In this document: positions 8,396 through 18,400 of the stretch, piece after piece
Layout: each line of letters starts with the position of its first letter
How positions within the stretch are numbered: the first letter of the stretch is position 1
DNA from: a virus
DNA: 44,622 bases
IMG/VR virus record: IMGVR_UViG_3300028534_000007
Strand: one strand, 5' to 3'
Notes under the pieces: model-generated
What the model was told of the DNA's origin: nothing
Seen by the model: the letters and a program-made list of their open reading frames with translations, nothing else
The model's database searches: none
Translations under genes and position numbers: made by a program

Positions 8396-9178
8396 ATGAT
8401 TTATCAATCTGAAAAAACAACTTCAGTTATGAGAGCTTTAAGTAAGTTTAGAGCTAAAGGGGTAACAGTTTACGCAGAGGCAACAAGAGCAATAACTAAA
8501 ACAGATACTATCCAATATGCGGATAGAAATGCTTTGATACAAGCAATTCAAGAGCCATTAATTGAGTGTAAGTTAGAGGTAACATATAGCACAGAATACC
8601 ATGAGGGGCAAGAATTTGCAGTTGTTACCATTACACACACAACATCAGGGCAGTTTATTAAATCTTATCAAAAGCTTTTTAATGTCGAGGTAGAAAAAAA
8701 ATCTACTAAATACAGCGAGTATTTGGATTATCAAGGGGCAGTAGAGAATATCCAAAAACAGAAAACTTACTTTTTTAGAACTATGACTTTAGATATTTTA
8801 ATGATTAGCGTTATAGAAAAAGGCGAGGAGTTAAAAGCACCTCAAGACTTATCTAAAAAAGTGGAGGCAAAAGCAGAACCACAAGAGCCAACAGCACAAG
8901 AATCAGATACACAAGCAGAGCCAACAGAGCCAAAAGCAGAGCCAAGAGACATAAGAGCAAGAGCAATATTAGAGTTATATATTAGAAGTGCAAACCACGC
9001 CAATAAAACAAAGGCGAAAAAATATGCCGAAATTGTCGGTGGTAAGGAATGGGAAGAGGGGTATGTAAAACATTTAGAAAAAATAGAAAAGCTAGAGAGG
9101 GTTCTTATCAAAAATGGACTTATTTGCGATATAAAAGCGAAACAACTAAAAGGGGGTAGAAATGGTAACAGCAAGTAA
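8396..9178 (+). CDS. erf: ERF-family single-strand annealing protein
   Basis: IQYADRNALIQAIQEPLIECKLEV, then ...VVTITHTTSGQ..., then YQGAVENIQKQKTYFFRTMTLDIL. This follows the P22 Erf pattern: Y-x-Y/ADL, a beta hairpin, then G..tYarrY. A P/E/A-rich linker follows. The gene sits next to an exonuclease gene. Confidence 0.7.
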   Translation: MIYQSEKTTSVMRALSKFRAKGVTVYAEATRAITKTDTIQYADRNALIQAIQEPLIECKLEVTYSTEYHEGQEFAVVTITHTTSGQFIKSYQKLFNVEVEKKSTKYSEYLDYQGAVENIQKQKTYFFRTMTLDILMISVIEKGEELKAPQDLSKKVEAKAEPQEPTAQESDTQAEPTEPKAEPRDIRARAILELYIRSANHANKTKAKKYAEIVGGKEWEEGYVKHLEKIEKLERVLIKNGLICDIKAKQLKGGRNGNSK

Positions 9179-10043
9179 AAAGAGAGGTTATAGAGTAATC
9201 TCTAAAGATTTAGAGGTGTATCCTCTAACACTTCCTTTGATTGTAGATGATATAGATAATTTAGAGTTCCACTATAAGAAAGAGAAAGAAATTAAATCTC
9301 TCTTAGAGGCTAGTTTAAAAGACTTAAGAGATTATAAGGCTTTAGAAGAGATTAAAAGCCTTACTTTTAAAGTTTTGAACCTTGAACAAGGTGGTAATGA
9401 TTGGTTAGAGGTTAGACAAGGTTTAGCTACTGGTAGTAACTTGCCAATAGATAACAAAGGTAATCTTATTCCTACTATTAATAAGTATGTGGCAAAAAAG
9501 GCATTAGAGGTATTTCAAAATGAAATAGAGTGTGTGGAGTTGAAGCAAGAGATTAAACAAGCTCTACACATACCATACACTAAAGCGATGGAGAGAGGGC
9601 ATGTTTTAGAGCCACTTGCTAAAGAGGAATACGTTAAGTATAGAGAGGCACAAGGCGACTTGGTAGAGATTGAGCATATCGGCTTTATAAAGTCTGATAA
9701 TTTGCCATTTGGTGCAAGTCCTGACGGTGTAGCAGTGGATTTATTAACATTTGAAAGAGTGAATTTAGAGATTAAAACCACCAATATAGCAAATTTTACT
9801 AACTATATTATTGACCCTCAAAGCTTTGTAGATAATCACTATAAGCAAGTTCAAATAGAAATGTTGGTAACCCAAACAGACAAAACGCATCTCATTTGTT
9901 ATTATCCTGATTTTGATTTGATAGTTCAAGAGGTATCAATTGATTATGAATTTATTGGGAATTTTATTGAATCAATGAAAGAATACAGCGAGTTGCTAAA
10001 AATAGCTTTAAACGGTTTAAGAAAAGCATATAAAGGAAAATAA
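9162..10043 (+). CDS. YqaJ/lambda-exonuclease-like recombination exonuclease (PD-(D/E)XK)
   Basis: GGNDWLEVRQGLATGSN, ERGHVLEP, ASPDGV and LEIKT motifs in canonical order. There is an N-terminal extension of about 75 aa of unknown function. Confidence 0.8.
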   Translation: MVTASKKRGYRVISKDLEVYPLTLPLIVDDIDNLEFHYKKEKEIKSLLEASLKDLRDYKALEEIKSLTFKVLNLEQGGNDWLEVRQGLATGSNLPIDNKGNLIPTINKYVAKKALEVFQNEIECVELKQEIKQALHIPYTKAMERGHVLEPLAKEEYVKYREAQGDLVEIEHIGFIKSDNLPFGASPDGVAVDLLTFERVNLEIKTTNIANFTNYIIDPQSFVDNHYKQVQIEMLVTQTDKTHLICYYPDFDLIVQEVSIDYEFIGNFIESMKEYSELLKIALNGLRKAYKGK

Positions 10044-10844
10044 ATGTTACAACAAACTCTATTTTATAGCCCAATCAAAAGCCCACTTATTTATAGTGGC
10101 TTAAAATTTAGAATTATGAGAGAATTAGCAGACGCTTTTAAACCTGCTGATAATTTTTATGATTTGTTTGGAGGTAGTGGAACAGTAGCTATAAACGCCC
10201 TCGAAATGGGGATATATAAGAGCGTTTATATATATGAATTTAAATATGAGGTATTTGAATTATACCACCTTTTAGCAAAAGAAACAACCCAAGAGAAACT
10301 AAAAGAGGTTATAAGAGTGTTTAAGCCAACTACTAAAAAGGGTTATTTAGCACTTAGAGAGGCATATAACCAAAATAAAAACCCTCTCTTTTTACTTGCT
10401 CTACATTATCACTCTTTTAGCAATATCATTAGTTTTAATAAAAGTGGTAAATTCAATGCTCCAATAGGAAACAGAGGGTTATCAAAAGAGAAAGAGTTTT
10501 TATTGAGACATTCCGTGCCATACTTCAAGAAACTTATAAAGAGTAATAAAAGTTTTGATGAGGTAGAAATAAAAGATAATTCCTTTGTATATTTAGACCC
10601 CCATATTTTGGAACAGATGCAAGGTATAACAAAGTGGGATATGGAGTTAGAAAAAAGGCTACATATATTTATGGATAATCTACTAGATAGGGGTATTCCA
10701 TTTGTTCTTAGTAATACAGAAAGCAATTGCCCACTTATGGAGTGGATAGATAAAAGAGGATTGGAGGTAAGTTATCCAAAAATAACTTACTCTTTGGGTA
10801 AACACACAACTAAAACAAAAGAAATCTTAGTAAAGGGGTATTAA
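10044..10844 (+). CDS. dam: T4-Dam-like N6-adenine DNA methyltransferase with a non-canonical motif IV (DPHI instead of DPPY)
   Basis: Motif I FYDLFGGSGTV; LREAYNQNKNPLFLLALHYHSFSNIISFNKSGKFNAPIGNR; C-terminal LLDRGIPFVLSN. Motif IV reads FVYLDPHIL (see finding). Confidence 0.85.
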   Translation: MLQQTLFYSPIKSPLIYSGLKFRIMRELADAFKPADNFYDLFGGSGTVAINALEMGIYKSVYIYEFKYEVFELYHLLAKETTQEKLKEVIRVFKPTTKKGYLALREAYNQNKNPLFLLALHYHSFSNIISFNKSGKFNAPIGNRGLSKEKEFLLRHSVPYFKKLIKSNKSFDEVEIKDNSFVYLDPHILEQMQGITKWDMELEKRLHIFMDNLLDRGIPFVLSNTESNCPLMEWIDKRGLEVSYPKITYSLGKHTTKTKEILVKGY

Positions 10845-10863
10845 CTCTTCACTAATTTTAAAT

Positions 10864-10883
10864 GGGGCGAAATTGCCCCTTTT
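10864..10883 (+). terminator. Rho-independent terminator after the methyltransferase gene
   Basis: GGGGC, loop gaaatt, GCCCC, then TTTT. It lies 20 nt after the stop codon. Confidence 0.6.
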
Positions 10884-10953
10884 AAAAACACCCACACCCA
10901 CAATATTTAAATATCTAAAATCTAAATATTTAAGCCATTTAATTACTTGATTA

Positions 10954-10962
10954 TGATACAAT
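10954..10962 (+). promoter_or_regulatory. Possible extended -10 promoter (TGaTACAAT)
   Basis: TG-n-TACAAT lies 37 nt upstream of ATG 10999 and follows the terminator. There is no good -35. Confidence 0.3.
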
Positions 10963-10998
10963 TATGATGTAAAAACAATAAATGAAAAGGATTAAACT

Positions 10999-11841
10999 AT
11001 GCAAATTATTGCAAACAACCCATTAAAACTAAGTGATAAGCTATTAGAGGTATCTTTTGAAGATATAAATATTAAGATTGATTTAGTTTCTATTTTTGCT
11101 AACGCTAAACTATCGTTAGATAGTAAAGATTTGTATGTAGAGGTAACGGACATTTTTAAATCTAAGTATTGTAGATATAACAAATTAGATAAATGGACTA
11201 GAGGCGAGAGAACACAAAAATATCTAAATATTATGAATAATAGATTTTTTAAACACCCCAAAAGTGGGGTATTTAAAAATATAGAAAAAAGGTATCCAAA
11301 AAAGAGTTGGTTTAATGCTGAATGGTTAGACCAACCGACACCGTTAATTATTGTAAAAAGAGGGCGTTATGGTGGCACATGGTTTCATCACTCTATTTTG
11401 TTGGAGTTTTTATCTAATGTTGATATTGAAATAAGAATTGAGATTAACGAAAAAATGAGTGAGATTATATCACAAGTCCAAAGACTAACAGTATTAAGAG
11501 AGGATACTAAAACTCTATTCCACCCCTTAACAGATACAATTAAGAATATTTGGATACCAAACCAAAAGAGCGAGAACGCTAAGAAGTGGGCTTATAAACA
11601 TATACTAGATTTAGCTAACAAAAAAGCAATTGGAATGACTTCGACCCAATATAAGAAAGCATTTAATATCACAGATGAAAAAATAAAAGAAGACGGGAGA
11701 ATATCCATAAGAGACTATATGAGTGATATTGAATTGGATAGAATCAAGAGAGTTGAGGAAGATATAAACGGCTTGATTAAATATGGTGGGATTATGGATA
11801 TAGAGACTTTAACTAAAAAAATAATGGAAATGGGAGTATAA
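10999..11841 (+). CDS. KilA-N domain DNA-binding protein (Bro/antirepressor-like)
   Basis: The core RGRYGGTWFHHSILLEFLSNV resembles the conserved KilA-N block (GTWvH..la..fa.W). The C-terminal half is unknown. Confidence 0.5.
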   Translation: MQIIANNPLKLSDKLLEVSFEDINIKIDLVSIFANAKLSLDSKDLYVEVTDIFKSKYCRYNKLDKWTRGERTQKYLNIMNNRFFKHPKSGVFKNIEKRYPKKSWFNAEWLDQPTPLIIVKRGRYGGTWFHHSILLEFLSNVDIEIRIEINEKMSEIISQVQRLTVLREDTKTLFHPLTDTIKNIWIPNQKSENAKKWAYKHILDLANKKAIGMTSTQYKKAFNITDEKIKEDGRISIRDYMSDIELDRIKRVEEDINGLIKYGGIMDIETLTKKIMEMGV

Positions 11842-11844
11842 AAA

Positions 11845-12822
11845 ATGAGTGAGACAAAAAGCAAAAAGTTTAAAACAGTTATAGAACCACTAACACAAAG
11901 AGCAAAGAGTTATCTCTTTAAAAGAGGTGTAAAAGACATAGATAACCTAGAAGTTAAGAGTAGTTTCGTAGTTAAGATTGATACCAACTTCAAGATTATG
12001 GATAGCGAGAGGGTAGCATTTCCCATATATACACCAAACTTAAAGCTAGTTGGATATAGTGCAAGGGCTATAATAGATAATCCTGATTATCCCAAGTATT
12101 TTATAGATGAGGGGATAGATAAGAATTATCACTTATTTGGTGCAGAACAATTAAAAGATAATCCAGAAAAGATTATATTAGTTGAGGGGCAAATTGATAG
12201 TATTTTAGCTAGACAAAATCTAAAAGTTCCCTCTTTAGCTGTATTAGGGAGTGATTTATCAGAAGAACATGCTAAGCTACTCAAAAAGCACGGAGTAAAA
12301 AAGGTTCTCATCATTGGAGATAATGACAAAGCAGGGCGAAAATTCATGTTAGAGAGTGGAAAAGTCTTAATAGAAAACGATATATACCCTCAAATGGGGT
12401 TTTTAAGAGATAAGAGTAAAAACGATTTAGGAGACTTAAAAAGCTTTAAGTGGAAAGATATAGAGGTTAAGAATTATTGGCAATATATAGCAGACACTTT
12501 TTTAAATAGAGAGAGATTTAATATCCACCAAATAGAAAAAAACTTAAAGAGATTAGAAAAAGTTAATTGGTATGGAATGGATATAAACACCTTTTTAAAA
12601 AACAAATACTTTTTGTATTCAGTTAAAATTATTGATGATGTGATGCGTAGAATAGAGGATATTTTAGTTAATATTAAAACTTCTAAAGAAAACAGAAACC
12701 CAAAACTTAGCAATATATATCTACAAACAGAACCAAAAGACATAAAAGATAATCATTTGGACTTTTTACTACAACTAATGGAAACCTTAGAGATTAGAAA
12801 GGAAATTTTAAATGGAAAATAA
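11845..12822 (+). CDS. DnaG-type DNA primase (catalytic core + TOPRIM, no zinc-binding domain)
   Basis: FPIYTPNLKLVGYSARAI, YPKYFIDEG..YHLFG, TOPRIM ILVEGQIDS and IIGDNDKAGRK. There is no N-terminal CxxC/CxxH motif. Confidence 0.85.
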   Translation: MSETKSKKFKTVIEPLTQRAKSYLFKRGVKDIDNLEVKSSFVVKIDTNFKIMDSERVAFPIYTPNLKLVGYSARAIIDNPDYPKYFIDEGIDKNYHLFGAEQLKDNPEKIILVEGQIDSILARQNLKVPSLAVLGSDLSEEHAKLLKKHGVKKVLIIGDNDKAGRKFMLESGKVLIENDIYPQMGFLRDKSKNDLGDLKSFKWKDIEVKNYWQYIADTFLNRERFNIHQIEKNLKRLEKVNWYGMDINTFLKNKYFLYSVKIIDDVMRRIEDILVNIKTSKENRNPKLSNIYLQTEPKDIKDNHLDFLLQLMETLEIRKEILNGK

Positions 12823-13330
12823 AAGTTGTTATATTGGAATAGATGCAGGTAAGAAGGGAGTAATAGCTAAACTATATCAAGATAATACAATAGAAGTTTT
12901 CAAAATTCCTCTATTGCAAAATGAGAGAATAGATATAGAGCAATTTCTAAACATTATACAAGGAGATAGTGTAGTCGTTGCAATAGAGAAACAATTTATA
13001 AAAAAAGAGCAAGGGCATGGATTTACCATAGGGCGAAACTACGGAGAGTTATATGCCCTATGCCACATTAATTTTAAATCACCTCGCGATTTTAACCGTG
13101 TAATAGAAGTTCAGCCAACAGTGTGGCAAAGAGCGTTTCCCTTAGCTCCAAGAGGAGTTAAGAGAACAAAGCTACACCACATTAACCATGTGCTTAACCT
13201 CTACCCACAACTAAAGGGGCTACTCTTAAATAAGAAAGGAGATATCGTTGAGAGTCGCCATGACTACGCAGATGCTATCTTGATAGCCACATGGCTCAAA
13301 AAGCGACTATCTATCCCGAGTAAGAAATAA
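12812..13330 (+). CDS. RuvC-like Holliday junction resolvase
   Basis: YIGIDAGKKG, VAIEKQF and HDYADAILIATW fit the acidic catalytic pattern of the RNase H-fold resolvases. It is the last gene of the rightward arm. Confidence 0.65.
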   Translation: MENKSCYIGIDAGKKGVIAKLYQDNTIEVFKIPLLQNERIDIEQFLNIIQGDSVVVAIEKQFIKKEQGHGFTIGRNYGELYALCHINFKSPRDFNRVIEVQPTVWQRAFPLAPRGVKRTKLHHINHVLNLYPQLKGLLLNKKGDIVESRHDYADAILIATWLKKRLSIPSKK

Positions 13331-13414
13331 TTTTCTGAAAAGGATTAAATCTGATGTCATCTCTACCCTATATCCCTTTAGTTGCACTAGAATTATAACC
13401 AACAACTAATAATA

Positions 13415-13433
13415 GTTACCTTTTAAAGGTAAC
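13415..13433. terminator. Palindrome at the convergence point of the two arms (candidate bidirectional terminator)
   Basis: GTTACCTTT-T-AAAGGTAAC overlaps the terL stop codon. No clear U-tract. Confidence 0.25.
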
Positions 13434-15092
13434 ACCCCTATATCCAATATTAGCCCCTTTTTCTTTACCTTGTTTTATTATTTCTCTATCCATAATTGCA
13501 ACTTCTGCTTTTTGTGTTGCTCTGTTTGCAAATTCAGATAGATAATTAACTCCAATCTCTAAAGAGTCCAAACAATCATCGTGTTCTAACTCTCCACCAT
13601 TCTCTATATAAGATAACTGATAAATAAGACTATGTTCTGCTCCAATCTCATCATAAATCCTATTGCTATCTTTGATAACTCTCTCATGAAAAATAATTCT
13701 GTGCTGATTAAAGAGAGGCTCAAGAGTGGTAATGATTCTTTCTATTTTGTTTTTAGTATTTTTAATTCCTATTACTCTAACTCTATATCCTATTAAGTCC
13801 ATTATCTTAGTTAGCAAAGCTCCAACTATCCCATCTCCAAAGTTATCCTCAATAACTACCTCTCTAACTCTAAACTTCTTACAGTCTCTTATTATCTGTG
13901 TTAAGTTCTCATCAGAATAGCCACCCTCTAAGCCGTCCACCTTGTGTATAAAAAATCTTCCTCCAACAGTAGAAACAATAGAGTAAGCAAACAAATCCTT
14001 TCCACGCCCCGATGGGTCAATAGAGAGTATTGTATATTCGCTTGTTGCACCAAACCCAACATCTCTATAATAATTATAATTGTCTTCAGGTCTCATGCCT
14101 TTAATAGATATAGAACTCCCTCTTTTGTTTCCAATAACTATATTAACAAGCCCATATCCCAACTTAAAGTTAGTGATTAGTATATCGTCCATACTAAGAG
14201 GGAAACGCTCTTTATCTGTTGGAACTCTTAACATAAACTGCATCTCAAACGCAGTTTTTCCCATTCCTAATCTTTTCTTTTCTATCTCTTCTAGTGGGAA
14301 ACGTTCATCTGTTGGCTTACCATATAAAGAGGGGTCTTGTTCTAGCCTTTGGTAGATATGAGGAGATAATAACCCTCTATATGCCTCTACTTCTTGCTTA
14401 TTGCGTGGAAATAATACAGGAGTAATAATATGTTTGTATTTCCTCTCCTCTCTTATTCTGTGATATATGCTATCCATGTGGTGGCGTGTTCCAAGGTAAC
14501 ATATAAATTGTTTTGCTCCTGCTGTAAGTAGAGCTTCAAATTCTGTTGTAATCTCTAATAAATTTTGTCTTTGGTTTGCTGTCCTAGCGTTTTTCTTTGT
14601 CTCTATATCATCGGCAATGATAATATTAGCCCTTGCACTGGTAATTGTCCCAGTTATCCCTAAGCTTCTAAGAGAGGGGTCTTGTGCTGGTTTTGCACCT
14701 CTAACATCAAAGCTTTGTGTTGATGTCCTTGCTCCTCCTCTTCTATCAGGTGCAAGAAACTTAAAAAGATATGTTCTGCTCATTACCATAAAACAAAATC
14801 TTACAAAGTTTTTTGCTTTAGTATCTGTTCCACTTACAACAAGCACCTTTAAATCTCTATTCTTAGCAAGTATCCAAAGAACAAAAATAGAGGTTATTAG
14901 AGACTTTCCTAATCCTCTAAACTGTTCTATAATTAGATACTCTTCTTTTTCGTATGCTCTTTGTAAATCTTGGGCTAAATATTTCTGTGCTGTTGTAATC
15001 TCACCTAAGCTAATCTCCTTGAATACGTAATTAACACACTTAGGAAAATCACTTAGTAACTCTATAACCTCATTACTATTTAAATCTCTCAT
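13416..15092 (-). CDS. terL: Terminase large subunit
   Basis: Walker A EQFRGLGKS and Walker B IIIADDIE, with a C-terminal nuclease-like half. It is the last gene of the late arm, as in T7 gp19. Confidence 0.9.
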   Translation of the reverse strand: MRDLNSNEVIELLSDFPKCVNYVFKEISLGEITTAQKYLAQDLQRAYEKEEYLIIEQFRGLGKSLITSIFVLWILAKNRDLKVLVVSGTDTKAKNFVRFCFMVMSRTYLFKFLAPDRRGGARTSTQSFDVRGAKPAQDPSLRSLGITGTITSARANIIIADDIETKKNARTANQRQNLLEITTEFEALLTAGAKQFICYLGTRHHMDSIYHRIREERKYKHIITPVLFPRNKQEVEAYRGLLSPHIYQRLEQDPSLYGKPTDERFPLEEIEKKRLGMGKTAFEMQFMLRVPTDKERFPLSMDDILITNFKLGYGLVNIVIGNKRGSSISIKGMRPEDNYNYYRDVGFGATSEYTILSIDPSGRGKDLFAYSIVSTVGGRFFIHKVDGLEGGYSDENLTQIIRDCKKFRVREVVIEDNFGDGIVGALLTKIMDLIGYRVRVIGIKNTKNKIERIITTLEPLFNQHRIIFHERVIKDSNRIYDEIGAEHSLIYQLSYIENGGELEHDDCLDSLEIGVNYLSEFANRATQKAEVAIMDREIIKQGKEKGANIGYRGVTFKR

Positions 15093-15496
15093 TTACTACT
15101 TTTTAAAGCCTCTAAAATGGGGTCTGTGTGCCGGGCTGTTCCTGTTCTCTCTTCTAGTTCTATAATCTTAATAGCGTATTCTATTGCTATTACTATACTA
15201 GAGTTCTCTATTGTATCCCCCTTTAGTAGCTGATTATAAACTAACTCTACACTTCTTTTAGCAATTAAAAAGACTATCTCACCTATTTTGAATCCATAAT
15301 CATCTATTACCCCTTTTATATCCCTACTATTCCAAACCCTATTTTTCCTATTTTCTCCTACTATCTCCATTCTGTTTAGCACCCTCTTAACTCTTTGGTA
15401 AGATTGGCTAACCAATATATCATCTAAAATAGGGGTTCTAATAAGCTTTTCAAGCCCTTTTACTAACACAGCCTTTAAGAAGTCCCTCTCTATCAT
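15089..15496 (-). CDS. Hypothetical protein, positional candidate for terminase small subunit
   Basis: 135-aa ORF overlapping the terL start (ATGA). The call rests on position only. Confidence 0.35.
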   Translation of the reverse strand: MIERDFLKAVLVKGLEKLIRTPILDDILVSQSYQRVKRVLNRMEIVGENRKNRVWNSRDIKGVIDDYGFKIGEIVFLIAKRSVELVYNQLLKGDTIENSSIVIAIEYAIKIIELEERTGTARHTDPILEALKSSK

Positions 15497-18400
15497 TTAA
15501 GCCCTCCTATTGTCGCATTTAATGCTTCAATTCGTTCTTGTTCGCTTTGTGGTTCTTTTGCGTATTCTGTTATTAGTTTCCCCATAAAGAGTGGAACACT
15601 CATAACTTGTAGCAAGTTCTTATACTCTCCTCCCAGTGCCTCGTGTGGTGCATTAACTAAGTTTTCTAACACTCCTAAAACGGGGAATACATTACCAATT
15701 TTAGTCTCTCTATTAGGGTTAAAAATATCATTAGCCATCTGCAGTAATGCAATATGTGGCAACCCCTCAATAACACGCTCAATAAACACCTCGTCTTTTT
15801 TTTCCTCTCTTTGGTTTACAAAATCTCTAATAGTTAAAGCTATTGATGTGGAGACAAACATCATTTGAAATTTAAAAATGCTCTCACTATCAAAAGAGTA
15901 TAAATCCCTTAACAGAAGATTATCAAAGGATTGGACAGGAAAACTTAAAAGGGTCATTAGGCTTTTTAAAAGTGGGTTTCTGATTATAAAGAGTGGCATA
16001 TCTCCAATATTAGGCTTCCCAACCCATGAAGTTTGAAAACTCCTCATTGTGGCTCTAAAAACTTCTCTCTCTTCCTTAGTCCACTTATCAAAATTCATAG
16101 AGTTATCATCTATCTTTTTAAAAGCTCCTCTTAAAATCTTCTCTTTATCAGGTGTAAGCCCTAAAGTCTCAAGTCTCCTTTTGTTTAATCTATTTCCTTT
16201 GAAATGGTCTTTTAACCTGTTTAGGTTTGGCTCAAGGTTAAAGAGGTTTGCTAAATCGTCCAACGCTGGTAGCTGATTAAAGAAGAAAGTTATTCTTTGC
16301 TGTGCTGTTAGTATTCTATCTAGTGTGTCTATAACTTTCCCACCTATTGTAAAATCTTCCATATAATAAAGAGGGTTTTTAAGATGCTCGTCTGCTAATA
16401 CTCTATGATACCCATAACCTAATTCTTGAGCCATTTCACGAACTCTATTAGGCATTTTGCTAAACTCTCCCTTTGCTAACTCTCTAAAAGCCTTAAAACT
16501 CTTTCCAAAACTTCCATTCATTAAGGCTCTTGCACTAGCAGGGATTAGCTCTTGTAATGCACTAATACCTGATAAGTGGAGTAATTGGGCTACTGTTGCC
16601 TGACGTAGTAAATTGAAAAAGTCCCATAACCTTTTATTTTCTATATCTGTTACGGGTTTTCCTAAAATCATATTAGCATAATCTTTTATATCTCTTAGTA
16701 AGTCAATATCTCCACCATGCTCTTTGAATTCATTTTCTACCCTCTTAAGATAGTTTGTGATATTTGTTATCCCTTTAATTCCAAAAGCATAGTGTCCTAG
16801 TGCGATATTAGAATACCTATTCATAACGCTAAAAGCGTTAGTATCTACAAAGTCCACCATTTCCAATCTCTTACCACCAACTACAAGGGGTTTAATATTA
16901 AAGTCTATTGGTATCCTAAACTTAGCCCTATTAAAAAAGTCATCAACATTTTCCACCTCGTTAGGAGTAAATAGTTCATCCTCTTTCATAGCCTTGATAA
17001 ATTTATCACTCTTACCATAGGCTAACAATTGCTTAGCATATTTTTCTGCATCTTTTATATCTATATCTTTCCCAAACTCTCTTTTAAATCCCCTCTTAAT
17101 TGCTTCCCCATACCACTTAACAACCCTTTCTCTATCTGCTTTTGATAATTGTGCTACAAGGTCGTATGTGTGTGGGTTGTGAAACCTTGGGAAATAATCT
17201 TTTATCTTTCTAATACTTTTCATTCCATCAACATTGGCATCCACCATAGCTTTATATATATCATCATAAAATTTGTCAAAGGCTTTCTTAGCTTTTAGAT
17301 GATGTTCTGATAGTTGGCTAAAATCTCCTTTAGTGTATGCTCTCCCAATAGTATTATAAAACTCCTCTCTAAACTTCATGTGTTTTAGGGGGTTAAGACT
17401 TTTAAACCCTACAACCTTTTTATAGTCCTCTATGATAGGTGCTAGTTTTGAAAATAGTTCAGCCTGAAATCTTGCCTTAATGGTCTCTTTTATGTCTCCT
17501 GCTCCCTCTTCTGCTCCTCTTTCCATTAGAGAGTGCAAGTTATCGGTTAATATTTTCCCTAAAGTTTTTGTGTGCTTAAACGCCTCATCACTAAGGCTAT
17601 TTAATTTTTCAAAATAACCCTTAGTTCCCCCAACAATTCCGAAAGTTTCCCTTATTAAATTCTTTGGGCTTTTTGCTTTTTCTTTGGCTCTTTGCAGTAT
17701 GTCGCTTATTCCTTTTCTATATTTTATGCCTAATACACCAATAGCTAAAACAGCTAATACATCCAAAGGGCTCTCCCTGTCTGCTCCATCCCCTGCAAAT
17801 AAATCCTCATTGCTCCCAATCAATACGGCTGTTACTGCTCCAAGCCCACCCTTTTTAAATAGTTCTCTTACTTCGTCCTCTGTAAGCTCTCTTCCTTCGT
17901 ATTTTTTAAGTTCTTCTTTCGTCATAAATAGCCCATCATCAGACGCTATAATGCCCCCTGATTGATAGCTCTTAATGTTCTTATACCTTGGTTTGTAGTC
18001 TTGGGGTGCAAATTCCATCATTGATTCTAGCACAATTATATTACCTATATATTCCTCTATATCTTTATTTGTTGGCTTATGTTCCATAATTCTTAGTATA
18101 GAAGATTTAGACATTTTAATGTCTTCTCCTTCTAGCCCCATTATTTTTAACTGATTATTTCTTTCTTTTTTGCTCATTAGGGACAAGTCTATTACTAGGT
18201 CTCTTAGTGGGTGTTCTTTGTAGTTTTCGTAGTCCTTATATAGGGAAGGTTTCTTATATTTCTCTTTTTTAGATGCTTTATTTTTCTTACTGTATCCAAT
18301 CAATTTTCTTGTTGTTCCTTCTACAATTTCTACATCTATATAGTCACTTTTGCTAAAGTCTGCTAATCTCTTATAGTCTTTTCCTTCTAACCTATCCCCT

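Noticed and set aside
8860-8950. Short GCAGAGCCA-type DNA repeats inside erf as a separate repeat element
   Set aside because: They simply encode the P/E/A/Q-rich low-complexity linker of the Erf protein (AEPQEPTAQESDTQAEPTEPKAEP) and show no independent structure.
10598-10634. Programmed ribosomal frameshifting as the explanation for the Dam motif IV anomaly
   Set aside because: It would need a -1 slip followed 33 nt later by a +1 slip in the same message, with no stimulatory structure visible. Paired indels, whether real or sequencing-derived, are far more parsimonious.
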